A stretch of DNA of 61,967 nucleotides. Origin: an uncultured virus (IMG/VR IMGVR_UViG_3300023174_000076). Taxonomy: Duplodnaviria > Heunggongvirae > Uroviricota > Caudoviricetes. The notes below the pieces were generated by a model, which did not search any database, was not told the DNA's origin, and was given only the letters and a program-made list of their open reading frames with translations. The stretch lies in the IMG/VR virus record IMGVR_UViG_3300023174_000076; one strand, given 5' to 3'. The position numbers were made by a program, and so were the translations under genes. Of this stretch, positions 21,910 to 30,881 are shown one piece after another; the first letter of the stretch is position 1, and each line of letters begins with the position of its first letter.

Positions 21910-21944
21910 AAACAGAATCTGAACAACAACCTTAAGGAACTAGA

Positions 21945-22091
21945 ATGAAAAAAATAAACGGTAATAAGCTGCGTAAAAAGCTGCACAAAATTCTTCCTAA
22001 TTCTTCTTTTGATAAAGATAATGAAGGTCAGGTTATTATTTACACAGGTTTAAAAGAAACCAAAAACCAAAATTACAAGGTAAAAAAATGA
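21945..22091 (+). CDS. Small hypothetical protein (48 aa)
   Basis: AAGGA RBS; MKKINGNKLRKKLHKILPNSSFDKDNEGQVIIYTGL... Confidence 0.5.
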   Translation: MKKINGNKLRKKLHKILPNSSFDKDNEGQVIIYTGLKETKNQNYKVKK

Positions 22092-22252
22092 ACAAGAAAA
22101 ACTTTATTTCTTTATATAAGATGAATCGCCTATGGGGCGACAGTAGACTTGAAGCAGCATACTGGGCATTGCGCGGTAAGGCATTTCTTACTTCTTTTGA
22201 AGGTCGTCTATTAGAAGACCAAATAGTACAATATGAGAATTGGGGCGATTAA
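22088..22252 (+). CDS. Small hypothetical protein (54 aa)
   Basis: ATGA overlap with the previous ORF, AAGGT RBS. Confidence 0.45.
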   Translation: MNKKNFISLYKMNRLWGDSRLEAAYWALRGKAFLTSFEGRLLEDQIVQYENWGD

Positions 22253-22257
22253 ATATT

Positions 22258-22461
22258 GTGTCTCAAGGAATAAACTGCAATCCTAAAAAAATTATTCAAT
22301 GGTTTACTGATAGCGAAAAATGTTTAATGCATTCAAATACATCGTTTCTTGAAGTTGTTGAGATTACTTTATCCAATGATCAATTAGACGCATTGATTAA
22401 ACAGGGAGAGAAAGTTACTAATCAACTTAAAGAAGATAAAAGAAACCCAAAATTATGTTGA
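22258..22461 (+). CDS. Small hypothetical protein
   Basis: GTG start in the ORF-track frame. Confidence 0.4.
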   Translation: MSQGINCNPKKIIQWFTDSEKCLMHSNTSFLEVVEITLSNDQLDALIKQGEKVTNQLKEDKRNPKLC

Positions 22462-22691
22462 CCGATTACATTGCCCACACATTAACAAAATTTAAAAAAC
22501 AAAAATATGAAAACAAACGCAAAGATTCACACTCTATACACATGCGTATACGTCGTCATCAATCTAAGCGTAGGATAGACGGAGACTTCAATGCTTAATA
22601 GTAAATTTAAAATTGCAGTTTATATCACCATAGCTACTATGTATATGTTTTTTATGATTTCACTAATTGCTTCTTGCGTTGAAAGTTTATA

Positions 22692-22871
22692 ATGAGTGAT
22701 CAAATTAAAAATACAGAATCATTTAAACTTATTCAACAAATGCCAAGAGGAGAATGCTCTTATTGTGACCTAGAGTATGACAAGCCTACTGGCTTCTTTC
22801 CGCCTCACACAGCGTCTCCTAGGTGCCAATCAGGGCATTATAATCACTGTACATGTGATATTTGTTTTTAA
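22692..22871 (+). CDS. Small Cys/His-rich (zinc-binding) protein (59 aa)
   Basis: CSYC...PPHTASPRCQSGHYNHCTCDICF. Confidence 0.6.
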   Translation: MSDQIKNTESFKLIQQMPRGECSYCDLEYDKPTGFFPPHTASPRCQSGHYNHCTCDICF

Positions 22872-22898
22872 ACAATATTAAACAACAAAGGATATATT

Positions 22899-23141
22899 AT
22901 GACAACTTTACCAGCTATAGAATTACCGATTAATCCTGAATCTTATTACGGTCAAAGCAGCACTATACCAAACCTTTTGCCTAATTCTTATATATATATT
23001 GGTCCTTCCCGCACTGCTACAGCTGTTCTTGTAAATCATATTAATTACAACCCACAAGGGTGGCATGAACTATACACAGATCATGCTGTTTATATTGCTT
23101 TACCAAATACTAGAGTAGCTTTTAAAAATGATAATTTATAA
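22899..23141 (+). CDS. Hypothetical protein
   Basis: AAAGGA RBS. Confidence 0.55.
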   Translation: MTTLPAIELPINPESYYGQSSTIPNLLPNSYIYIGPSRTATAVLVNHINYNPQGWHELYTDHAVYIALPNTRVAFKNDNL

Positions 23142-23152
23142 GGAGATTTACT

Positions 23153-23647
23153 ATGGGCATGGATGTCTATGGAAGAGAACCAATCAGTGAGGTTGGATCT
23201 TATTTTAGAAATAATGTTTGGTGGTGGCGGCCACTTTGGAATTATTGCATAACTCAATATCCAGAATTAACTGAAGAAGTTGCAGACAATGGTCACAGTA
23301 ATTCTGGAGATGGATTAGATGCAAAGAAAGCTTATGAATTAGGTAAGAAATTACAAGAAGATATAGATTCAGGAGTTGTTCTTCAGTATAAAGAAGAATA
23401 TATGCAATATATAGAATCTTTACCTATGTTAGATTGCGAATATTGTGAAGGCACTGGAACAAGACGTGACAAATCAATTCCTACTGACACTCCTACTGTG
23501 CCTTGCGGTTCTGCTCCGGTTAATTGCAACGTATGCAGTGGTGCCGGTAAGGTTAAAGATTTTTCTGCAAATTACCCATTTTCTGTTGAGAACGTTCAAG
23601 AATTTTCTAAGTTCCTTGTTTGTTCTGGTGGATTTAATATATGGTAG
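23153..23647 (+). CDS. Protein with DnaJ-type CxxCxGxG zinc-finger motifs
   Basis: CEYCEGTG and CNVCSGAG; AAGGAG RBS. Confidence 0.7.
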   Translation: MGMDVYGREPISEVGSYFRNNVWWWRPLWNYCITQYPELTEEVADNGHSNSGDGLDAKKAYELGKKLQEDIDSGVVLQYKEEYMQYIESLPMLDCEYCEGTGTRRDKSIPTDTPTVPCGSAPVNCNVCSGAGKVKDFSANYPFSVENVQEFSKFLVCSGGFNIW

Positions 23648-23841
23648 ACAAGTCAATTCTTACCGTTCCTCCAGTTCATTTTATGACAAAAATACTAGAA
23701 CGTTATCAACAACAGATTAAAACATTAGGCTATATAGATGCTCTTGTAAATTATAAAAACTCAATGCAGAATTTGTATATTAGATACAATCCTCATATCA
23801 GGAGAAGATTTATCACTAGAGATAATGTTCTTCCTAATTGA
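23641..23841 (+). CDS. Hypothetical protein
   Basis: Short ORF coupled to the upstream gene. Confidence 0.4.
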   Translation: MVDKSILTVPPVHFMTKILERYQQQIKTLGYIDALVNYKNSMQNLYIRYNPHIRRRFITRDNVLPN

Positions 23842-23842
23842 C

Positions 23843-23914
23843 GCCCGTTTAGCTCAGTGGTAGAGCTCTGCACTTGTAATGCAGTGGTCCTCGGTTCAAT
23901 CCCGAGAGCGGGCT
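23843..23914 (+). tRNA. tRNA-Thr(TGT)
   Basis: Acceptor GCCCGTT/AGCGGGC, D arm GCTC-AGTGGTA-GAGC, anticodon arm CTGCA-CTTGTAA-TGCAG, T arm CTCGG-TTCAATC-CCGAG; CCA not encoded. Confidence 0.93.
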
Positions 23915-23916
23915 CT

Positions 23917-24010
23917 AGACAGCAGCGTGTCTTACTGGAAACAGTGGGTGAACCCAATGATGTAATTAGCACGTGAGACACATATTCTCTTGGCATCACT
24001 GCTGTCTTTT
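23917..24010 (+). ncRNA. Candidate multi-stem structured RNA immediately downstream of tRNA-Thr
   Basis: Outer stem AGACAGCAG/CTGCTGTCT, inner stem GTGTCTTAC/GTGAGACAC, internal hairpins CTG-GAAA-CAG and TGGG-TGAA-CCCA. Confidence 0.45.
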
Positions 24011-24039
24011 ATCTTTGATAATGATATGATAGGATCAAT

Positions 24040-24246
24040 ATGTTTTTTAAAAAAACTGTCAAAGTAGTATTGATATCTGATTCTACTGATAGAATTATAG
24101 ATACAATAAAGTTTTCTAAAAAAGAATTTGATCTATTTAAACAATTAGCAGAAAACAACAATATGACCATTGATCAGTTTTTTTCATTTGCTTTAAACAA
24201 TGCTTTAAAACAGCACCCATTAGATTTAGAAGGAAAGTTACAATGA
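24040..24246 (+). CDS. Small hypothetical protein (possible ribbon-helix-helix-like)
   Basis: AGGA RBS; beta-strand then two-helix pattern. Confidence 0.45.
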   Translation: MFFKKTVKVVLISDSTDRIIDTIKFSKKEFDLFKQLAENNNMTIDQFFSFALNNALKQHPLDLEGKLQ

Positions 24247-24277
24247 CGATTAATCGAATAGGCAGCATATAAGACAC

Positions 24278-24353
24278 GGGGCGGTATACCCTCACTCTTA
24301 TAAGGTGTTGAAAGGTTAGTTGGTTCACGTGGGTTCAATCCCCACCCGCCCTA
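24278..24353 (+). tRNA. Non-canonical tRNA-like RNA with a UAU (Ile) anticodon loop
   Basis: Acceptor GGGGCGG/CCGCCCT plus discriminator A; perfect T arm GTGGG-TTCAATC-CCCAC; CACT-CTTATAA-GGTG loop; no normal D arm. Confidence 0.6.
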
Positions 24354-24367
24354 CTAGAAAGAATTTT

Positions 24368-24649
24368 ATGAAGAAAAATCAAGTTGATCAGTTATTTGAG
24401 GAAACTTATTCTTCTTATAGCAATAAAATAAACGATAAAGTTATTGAAATACAATCTATTATTATGGAGATAACAGATACTACTTCAAAGTATTCTTCAT
24501 TAAAAGAAACTCTTACTTCTCTTTTTGTAAATGAAGATTTTGATGACAATGACACGTTACAAGTTTATGAACTTTTTTCTGCTATAATAAGAGATATTAA
24601 TAGATTGAATCAAGATCTATTTAACATCATGCAAAAAGAAATTAAATAA
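24368..24649 (+). CDS. Hypothetical helical protein
   Basis: ATG at 24368 after AGAAAG; the ORF-track start overlaps the tRNA-like gene. Confidence 0.55.
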   Translation: MKKNQVDQLFEETYSSYSNKINDKVIEIQSIIMEITDTTSKYSSLKETLTSLFVNEDFDDNDTLQVYELFSAIIRDINRLNQDLFNIMQKEIK

Positions 24650-24654
24650 TTTTA

Positions 24655-24969
24655 ATGTTAAATCAAAATCCTAATGAACAAGATTTTACTTGGCACAATA
24701 AAGCTGCATGTAAAGACCTTCCTGCAGATGTATTTTTTCCACTTAACTATAATGCCTCTTCTTTAGAACAAGCAAAACAAATATGTTCTAGTTGTCCTGT
24801 CAAGGTTGAATGTTTTCAAGATGCAATTAGCAACAACGTTTACGGTATATGGGCCGGCACTACAGAATACCAAAGAAGAAATATTGTAAATAATTATTAC
24901 AATGGTGAATATAAAGTAATTACTTTAAAAGAAGCTAAGTATATTTTAAATTCAATAATAAAATCTTAA
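24655..24969 (+). CDS. whiB: WhiB-family Fe-S transcriptional regulator
   Basis: W...AAC...FF...AKQICSSCPVKVEC...YGIWAG: four Cys plus a GIWAG turn. Confidence 0.92.
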   Translation: MLNQNPNEQDFTWHNKAACKDLPADVFFPLNYNASSLEQAKQICSSCPVKVECFQDAISNNVYGIWAGTTEYQRRNIVNNYYNGEYKVITLKEAKYILNSIIKS

Positions 24970-25014
24970 ATCTAATTCAAAGTACTAGACCTACCTTAGT
25001 AAGGATGTACTCCC

Positions 25015-25767
25015 ATGAGCGAGAATTCATATTCTCAAAGCGATGATGATCTTTTCGATTACGATCCTTCTATCGAAAAACCAAAAGAACAATTATATAA
25101 TCCGGTTTCTGATATTAAATCAGATAACACACTTCTTAGTGATTTATCCCGGAATATAAAAAATAATGATGACCAAACTTTTGATGGTCACACGGAAATA
25201 CGTGTAAAATTAGCTGAAGCAATTCTTGGTTCTTACGACAAATGGATTAATAACGCTAGTTCTGTAGCCTATTTTAGCACTTTAAACACAATGCTTGACG
25301 AACTAACAAATGGTCGTTTTAGTGTTATGTATTTTTATAACACAATAGAACAAAAGATACTTCGTCGGATTAATATTAACACTTTAATAGGTGAATCTTT
25401 TATTGTTAAAAATGACAACACTAAAGATAGTTTGAAAGAGTTCTTAGGCAGAATAGGCATCTCTTATGATGGCCCTTATCTTTCAACCTATGTAGGAACA
25501 TTGGTTAGAATATCTAATCACATTCTTATCCGAGAGAGAGCAATGTATCTTTCTTTGTCTGAAAGACTTCAGCTTTCTTGTAATCCTTTAATTTCTCAAG
25601 ATAGTCCAAACTTTGAAGAAGTTATTGCACTAAGCCAATTTACTGTTACTGATCAACAAGAGAAAATTATTCAGAATCAATTTATCCATAATTCTGACGA
25701 ATACTTTTTAGAAAAACTTAACAATATTAATTTAACTAATATTAACTTTAAAATTAGATCTATATGA
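25015..25767 (+). CDS. Hypothetical protein
   Basis: 250-aa ORF, AAGGA RBS. Confidence 0.6.
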   Translation: MSENSYSQSDDDLFDYDPSIEKPKEQLYNPVSDIKSDNTLLSDLSRNIKNNDDQTFDGHTEIRVKLAEAILGSYDKWINNASSVAYFSTLNTMLDELTNGRFSVMYFYNTIEQKILRRININTLIGESFIVKNDNTKDSLKEFLGRIGISYDGPYLSTYVGTLVRISNHILIRERAMYLSLSERLQLSCNPLISQDSPNFEEVIALSQFTVTDQQEKIIQNQFIHNSDEYFLEKLNNINLTNINFKIRSI

Positions 25768-26213
25768 ATTCAAAATTTAAGTCTATTTTTATGTTAATAA
25801 TTACAGCTTCAGCCCTTGCTGCGATAAATTATACTATTGTTCATTCACCAACAGTATTTATTATCACTGCTGTACTTATTGCTCATGAATTGGGACATTA
25901 TTTTGCTGCTATTTCTAATGGCGCAAAAGCAGACATCCCATATATTATTCCTTTTCCATTTTTTGGAATAGGAATAACAAGAATTAAAAACTTTAAAAAA
26001 TTAGATCCACAGGTTAGAAAGTCCATACTTCTGTTTGGGCCTACTGCTGGTGTATTTACTGCTATTATAATTTTATTATTGTCTTTTATAACTTCTCTTA
26101 TAACTCCAATTTCAATTTTAATTATAGCATTGTTTGAAATCTTGTTTAATTACTTTGGTTCTGACGGAAAAAAGTACCGTCAAGCTGAAAAAGATATAGT
26201 GTTTGCTGCTTGA
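25764..26213 (+). CDS. Small M50/site-2-protease-like membrane metallopeptidase
   Basis: HELGH within a hydrophobic helix, FGP motif, C-terminal N...SDG; multiple TM segments. Confidence 0.7.
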   Translation: MNSKFKSIFMLIITASALAAINYTIVHSPTVFIITAVLIAHELGHYFAAISNGAKADIPYIIPFPFFGIGITRIKNFKKLDPQVRKSILLFGPTAGVFTAIIILLLSFITSLITPISILIIALFEILFNYFGSDGKKYRQAEKDIVFAA

Positions 26214-26256
26214 TATATTATCATATCCCACACTTATCTCACAGAAAGATCTAACA

Positions 26257-26478
26257 ATGAAAAATGAACAGGAACTTCGCAATACAATATCTGAATACCT
26301 TGATGATTGTTGTTTTGATATTCACGGAATATCCTCTTCATCTTCTCTATCTTCTGCTTCCGAAGTTCAGCTTGCTAGAATTCTAACAAAAATAGCCATA
26401 GGAACTGCTTCCATATGGTGGTCTGTAATTGAGTTTAGAGATTTTATATCTAACAGAAAAATATCGAAAGGGTTGTAA
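26257..26478 (+). CDS. Hypothetical protein
   Basis: ATG after AGAAAG. Confidence 0.45.
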   Translation: MKNEQELRNTISEYLDDCCFDIHGISSSSSLSSASEVQLARILTKIAIGTASIWWSVIEFRDFISNRKISKGL

Positions 26479-26837
26479 TGACTAATATTGATAGATTTCA
26501 TTTTTCATTTGAAATGGCTTCTAAGGTAAAAAAACAATTGGAAGATGAAGCTTTTATTTTAAAGCAAAGAATTGATAAAATTGTTGATCATTTTACAATA
26601 AGCGACACACCCATATTGAGGTTTATTCTTAATATGGAACCTAATAGAGATGACTTAAAAAAATTATCTAAAGCCTTAGATCGCTTGGCTGATATAGTCC
26701 AAGTTTATGAAGGCATTATGACAAAGCTTTCTGTTGTTAAAGCAGCGGAATCAGATCCAAATTGGTTTGCTTTGGCATTTGGTGATTTTGAAAAAGAGAT
26801 TGATCAAGATATAGAAACGTTCTTTAACGCAAATTAA
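26478..26837 (+). CDS. Hypothetical helical protein
   Basis: TAATG coupling, GAAAGGG RBS. Confidence 0.55.
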   Translation: MTNIDRFHFSFEMASKVKKQLEDEAFILKQRIDKIVDHFTISDTPILRFILNMEPNRDDLKKLSKALDRLADIVQVYEGIMTKLSVVKAAESDPNWFALAFGDFEKEIDQDIETFFNAN

Positions 26838-26859
26838 TATATTGAAAGGTTGCAGCATA

Positions 26860-27924
26860 GTGAATTCTAAAGCTGATTATACATTCGTCCAGGAAAATGA
26901 TTCTATTGTTTTTCGTTCTAAAGTAAAGTCGTTTGATCTTGATCATGTTACCGATAAAGATTTAGCGTCTTTTTATTTTAGCTTCTCTAAATATGCCACT
27001 ATGGATACAGGTTTACTTCCCCTTGATGGAACAGGTCTTCTTGGTATACGTAAAGCCGGCGATCATACTCAGGTGATATACCAGCATAAGCCTGGTACAT
27101 ATTACGTTAATTGGGGCCAGTACGAAAGAGATGTTAATGCTAAAAAATATTATCTTGCTCAACCTTATAGAATTATAATTGTAGATTTTATCAATGACAA
27201 TTTACTAGGTGCAAGAACTTTTTATTCTCCAATTCCAGCTACACATCCGGATATCCCTTTGTACCATGTTAATCTTCCTAACATAAATTGCAGAGGATAT
27301 CGAGGCAATGCTGTTGGTTGGATTTGCTTGTATCACAATGAAGATTGGTCTAATCTTCCATTTAACGAAAGACTTGTAAAAGCTATTGATCGCTGTTCTG
27401 GAACAGAAGCTTACAATGATGGAAACATGAGTGAGACTGATGGTCCAGGTTTTTATCGTGATCACCATAGAGATAATTCTGATTATCAGTATTTGTGGAA
27501 TCCACAAGAATGGGAGAGAAAAACTTCTCAAGAAGGTTTTCTTTGGACCTTAGATGAAGATGTTTGGATTCCAGTTCATGTTGATTCAATTGATTCACAA
27601 TCTCAACACAATCCACAAGGAGAAGTTCTTACTCTTAAGATGGCTATTTTTGGAAATTATAAAGCCTATTATGACGATCAATATATTCCCAAACCGATTA
27701 ATGCAATTCAACGTAATGAATTTAACAATGGAATTAAATTAATAACCAGTTGGTTTACACGAGCTTTTGTTACTGCAAAAACTAAGTATAGTGGTTTAGA
27801 TTTATTTTCTGAAAGTTCTAAAGTTAGACAAGAAAATATTAAAAATGTTTATGATCTTCAAACTGAACACGAAGAAGATGAACCAGATGAAGATCACAAC
27901 GAAGATGAAGAAGGACCATTTTAG
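26860..27924 (+). CDS. Prokaryotic E2-like (UBC-fold, Prok-E2 family D / PRTRC protein B-like) protein
   Basis: YYLAQPY...LYHVNLPNI...GWICL resembles the P-N-x(n)-G-x-I-C E2 active-site motif; first gene of an E2-JAB-E1-Ubl operon; GTG start after GAAAGG. Confidence 0.65.
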   Translation: MNSKADYTFVQENDSIVFRSKVKSFDLDHVTDKDLASFYFSFSKYATMDTGLLPLDGTGLLGIRKAGDHTQVIYQHKPGTYYVNWGQYERDVNAKKYYLAQPYRIIIVDFINDNLLGARTFYSPIPATHPDIPLYHVNLPNINCRGYRGNAVGWICLYHNEDWSNLPFNERLVKAIDRCSGTEAYNDGNMSETDGPGFYRDHHRDNSDYQYLWNPQEWERKTSQEGFLWTLDEDVWIPVHVDSIDSQSQHNPQGEVLTLKMAIFGNYKAYYDDQYIPKPINAIQRNEFNNGIKLITSWFTRAFVTAKTKYSGLDLFSESSKVRQENIKNVYDLQTEHEEDEPDEDHNEDEEGPF

Positions 27925-27988
27925 TTCTTTAAAATCTAAATATAGAATTTCTTAATAATTTATTTAATTTTAATATGAAAGGAATGTT

Positions 27989-29743
27989 ATGTCTCAAGTA
28001 ACTATGGATCAATTAAAACATTTTTGGATGCCCTCAGGGGTCCCATGTTTTATCGCAGATCGTTCAGACATCTGCGACTTAGTAGAGGGTATGGGTTTCC
28101 AAATTTATTACCTTTTGGCTAATGATATTAAAGAAACTAAAGTAACACCCAATACTGCTCACCAAGGAAAATCTTATGGATATGGTGCAACTACATATAC
28201 TTATAATTCTCCAGCCGCTCCTCCACCTCCAATCATTACAAAAAATACAAAATTATTTAAAGTAGTTAATAATTTTGTTGGAAGATCAATAGCTATTTCC
28301 GCCGACCCTATGCCAGATGAGTTTTTGTCAATTAACGAATCTTGCGAATACGGCATGCCCCCAATTCCTAATGTAATCATTGATAAACTTGATCAATTCT
28401 TTAGACTTGTTCATAGTCAACATGGTACAGAATCAATTGTTATTCTTACTTACAATATGAATGCAACTGGCTCAGAAGGTTGGGGCGTTCTTGTTCCAGA
28501 TCAAACAAACACTCCAGCACATTGCAAATACGATGCTGACAGCATTGCTGAATTAAAACCCGAAGATGTTATGATTGTCGGATCTGTTCATAGCCATCCA
28601 GAAATGAGTGCTTATGCTTCTGGCACAGATCATGCAGACCAAGCAGATTTTGATGGTTTACATATTACTTATGGTTGGCAGAAGTCTCAAAACAATGGTG
28701 CAACTCAGTACCATCTTGAGCTTCAAATGTCTGGTCAAAATTATATTCTTAAACCAGAAGATGTTTTTGAAGATATTTCACTTTTAAAAGATCCTGATCC
28801 AGACGTTGTAGAATGGTCCAATAAAGTAAAAAAAGTTCACCCCCCGTATTCAGCGGGGGTCCCGTCACAAATAACTCAGCAACAATTTCAGGCTACCCCT
28901 CAACGAGCTATACAACAAACGGCTGGGGACTTTAAATCTTTTCACAGTAGTACCCCTCAAATGCAAGAGGCACTATTGAATTTAAAGCTCCCCTCAGATG
29001 CTATTGTTGCTATTGAAATTCAACTTGAATCAGACAATAAAAGCTCTTGCCCATGTTGTGAATATGAAATTGATATTCATGATGTAAACAGTGGAGCTTG
29101 TACTGTTTGTGATATTCCTTTAGTTTCTACTACTGATTCTATAAATCAAATGTGTTTAAAAATTCATGATTATATTTCCAAAAGAAAGATTAGTCATACT
29201 TCAGCAGTATATCTTTGGGGTTACGATGATAAAGACACCAGAGATTTTATTATAAACATTACTGAAGAATATGAATTTCATGCTTCTAAATATTCTACTA
29301 GTTATTTAGATTTAGGTAATTCCGTTGTACCGGTTACTTCTTCTCACTGGGATTATTGGAGAGATGACGTTGATGATGATGACTTTTTATTCAACAGTCT
29401 TCAGCATGCAACTGCCTGTTGCAACACTCCGATGACTAATGCTCACAGCCAATGCGAATGTCCTGTTATGCTGTTTAAAGAAGATTTAGTTGATTTTGAT
29501 ATTTATGTAAATAAAATAGAATCTGACATATATAGTTATGACGGAAATTGTTTTAATTGTTCATATTATCACACTACTGAATGTCCTGCTTTCTACAGTT
29601 TAGTTTCTGCATTTGTAACTGATAAAAGTAAATTTCTTTTAGATGAAAACACTCCTAAGATAACTGATTGTTCAAAATTTAAATTTTTTACTTACGAAGA
29701 TGAAAGTTTACAAAATCAAACTATTGATATAACAAAAGAATAG
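27989..29743 (+). CDS. JAB/MPN+ (JAMM) metallopeptidase fused to a Cys-rich C-terminal region
   Basis: Upstream Glu (HGTE) and GSVHSHPEMSAYASGTD = HxH-x7-S-x2-D; several CxxC clusters downstream. Confidence 0.85.
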   Translation: MSQVTMDQLKHFWMPSGVPCFIADRSDICDLVEGMGFQIYYLLANDIKETKVTPNTAHQGKSYGYGATTYTYNSPAAPPPPIITKNTKLFKVVNNFVGRSIAISADPMPDEFLSINESCEYGMPPIPNVIIDKLDQFFRLVHSQHGTESIVILTYNMNATGSEGWGVLVPDQTNTPAHCKYDADSIAELKPEDVMIVGSVHSHPEMSAYASGTDHADQADFDGLHITYGWQKSQNNGATQYHLELQMSGQNYILKPEDVFEDISLLKDPDPDVVEWSNKVKKVHPPYSAGVPSQITQQQFQATPQRAIQQTAGDFKSFHSSTPQMQEALLNLKLPSDAIVAIEIQLESDNKSSCPCCEYEIDIHDVNSGACTVCDIPLVSTTDSINQMCLKIHDYISKRKISHTSAVYLWGYDDKDTRDFIINITEEYEFHASKYSTSYLDLGNSVVPVTSSHWDYWRDDVDDDDFLFNSLQHATACCNTPMTNAHSQCECPVMLFKEDLVDFDIYVNKIESDIYSYDGNCFNCSYYHTTECPAFYSLVSAFVTDKSKFLLDENTPKITDCSKFKFFTYEDESLQNQTIDITKE

Positions 29744-29754
29744 GAGTAAATTAC

Positions 29755-30516
29755 ATGACTGATAATAAACGTTTTGTTGTCATTGGTGCTGGCGGAATAG
29801 GCACTTGGCTTATCGCTGGTCTTGTTAGGCTCTTGGAATGGAAACTTCCTGGTTCAGGTTTAATTATAGTTGATGGTGATAACTATGAAGAGAAAAATAA
29901 AGAGCGTCAAGATTTTGGAAAATTAGGTAATAAGGCAGTTGTTAAAGCAGCTGAACTTACTCCTCAGTTTCCTTCTACCACCATTATACCAGTTCCTAAA
30001 TGGGTTGTTTCCGACGAAGATACAGGTGTGTCTGCAGATGACGATGCACCAAGGATTAAAGCATCTCAGCTTATTCGCGAAGACGATGTAGTGTTTGCAG
30101 TAGTAGATAATTTTGCAGCACGGAAGATTCTATTTGATGCAGCTTCTAAGTTAGACAATATCGATGTTTTTACTGGCGGCAATGATGATTTATTGTTTGG
30201 TTCTGTTTATCATTATCAAAAAAGAAACGGTATACAAGTAACAGAACATCCCGTTACGTTTCACCCTGAATACGAGAATCCACCAGATAAAAATCCTGGT
30301 GAACTTTCTTGTCAAGAAAGATCTAAACTTGAAGGTGGCACTCAGCTATTGGCTACAAACATGGCTGTTGCATCCTTTATTTTAGGAAGAGTCCATAAAA
30401 CAATAGTGCTAGATCAAAGTCCTGACGAGACCGAAATCTATTTTGACTTAGGACTTGGTAAAGCTGAACCATACAACAGAACAGTTTCTCAGGTTACACA
30501 ACCTGTGATGATATAA
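29755..30516 (+). CDS. ThiF/MoeB/E1-family ubiquitin-like activating enzyme
   Basis: GAGGIG, DGDNYEEKNKERQ, GNKA, AVVDN; candidate catalytic Cys in LSCQE. Confidence 0.9.
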   Translation: MTDNKRFVVIGAGGIGTWLIAGLVRLLEWKLPGSGLIIVDGDNYEEKNKERQDFGKLGNKAVVKAAELTPQFPSTTIIPVPKWVVSDEDTGVSADDDAPRIKASQLIREDDVVFAVVDNFAARKILFDAASKLDNIDVFTGGNDDLLFGSVYHYQKRNGIQVTEHPVTFHPEYENPPDKNPGELSCQERSKLEGGTQLLATNMAVASFILGRVHKTIVLDQSPDETEIYFDLGLGKAEPYNRTVSQVTQPVMI

Positions 30517-30532
30517 AAAAAGGAGATATAAC

Positions 30533-30784
30533 ATGGATCAATCATCCAATCAACAGCAGCCATCTGCTGGAAATGGAATGGCAAACGTTAGATTTGGCGT
30601 TTACAATCAACCAGGCAATATCGCTGGTAAGTCTGTAAAAGACGCTAGAGATCAGTTTTCACGCCTTTGGGGAATTCCTCAGGATGCAGTTGCCTACAAA
30701 GGCAAAGATAAACTCGACGAAAACTATGTCATTCAAGCAGGCGACAACGTGGAATTCCACCGTCGTGCCGGCGAGAAGGGTTAA
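30533..30784 (+). CDS. Ubiquitin-like (beta-grasp) protein ending in RRAGEKG
   Basis: 83 aa; beta-grasp-like pattern (GKSVKDAR...LDENYVIQAGDNVEF) with an exposed C-terminal Gly; strong AAGGAG RBS; follows E1. Confidence 0.8.
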   Translation: MDQSSNQQQPSAGNGMANVRFGVYNQPGNIAGKSVKDARDQFSRLWGIPQDAVAYKGKDKLDENYVIQAGDNVEFHRRAGEKG

Positions 30785-30799
30785 TTAGTTTTTAAGATC

Positions 30800-30848
30800 G
30801 TGGGGGAATCCGTGCGCCTTTCTCATGGGTTCCCCCACACATTTTTTT
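30800..30848 (+). terminator. Intrinsic terminator/attenuator after the Ubl gene
   Basis: 15-bp stem GTGGGGGAATCCGTG/CATGGGTTCCCCCAC, loop CGCCTTTCT, T7 tract. Confidence 0.8.
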
Positions 30849-30881
30849 ACAAGGCACTGATCTATTAATAGAAAGAATATT

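Noticed and set aside
23793..23999. Minus-strand 68-aa ORF
   Set aside because: It is the antisense reading of tRNA-Thr and the structured RNA.
24320..24367. ORF-track N-terminal extension MVHVGSIPTRPTRKNF
   Set aside because: It overlaps the T arm of the tRNA-like RNA; the ATG at 24368 is the more plausible start.
29755..30784. ThiF plus small protein as a thiamine/molybdopterin sulfur-carrier pair
   Set aside because: No thiG, moaE or cysteine synthase in the window, the C-terminus is KG rather than GG, and E2-like and JAB genes flank the pair, so protein conjugation fits better (not proven).
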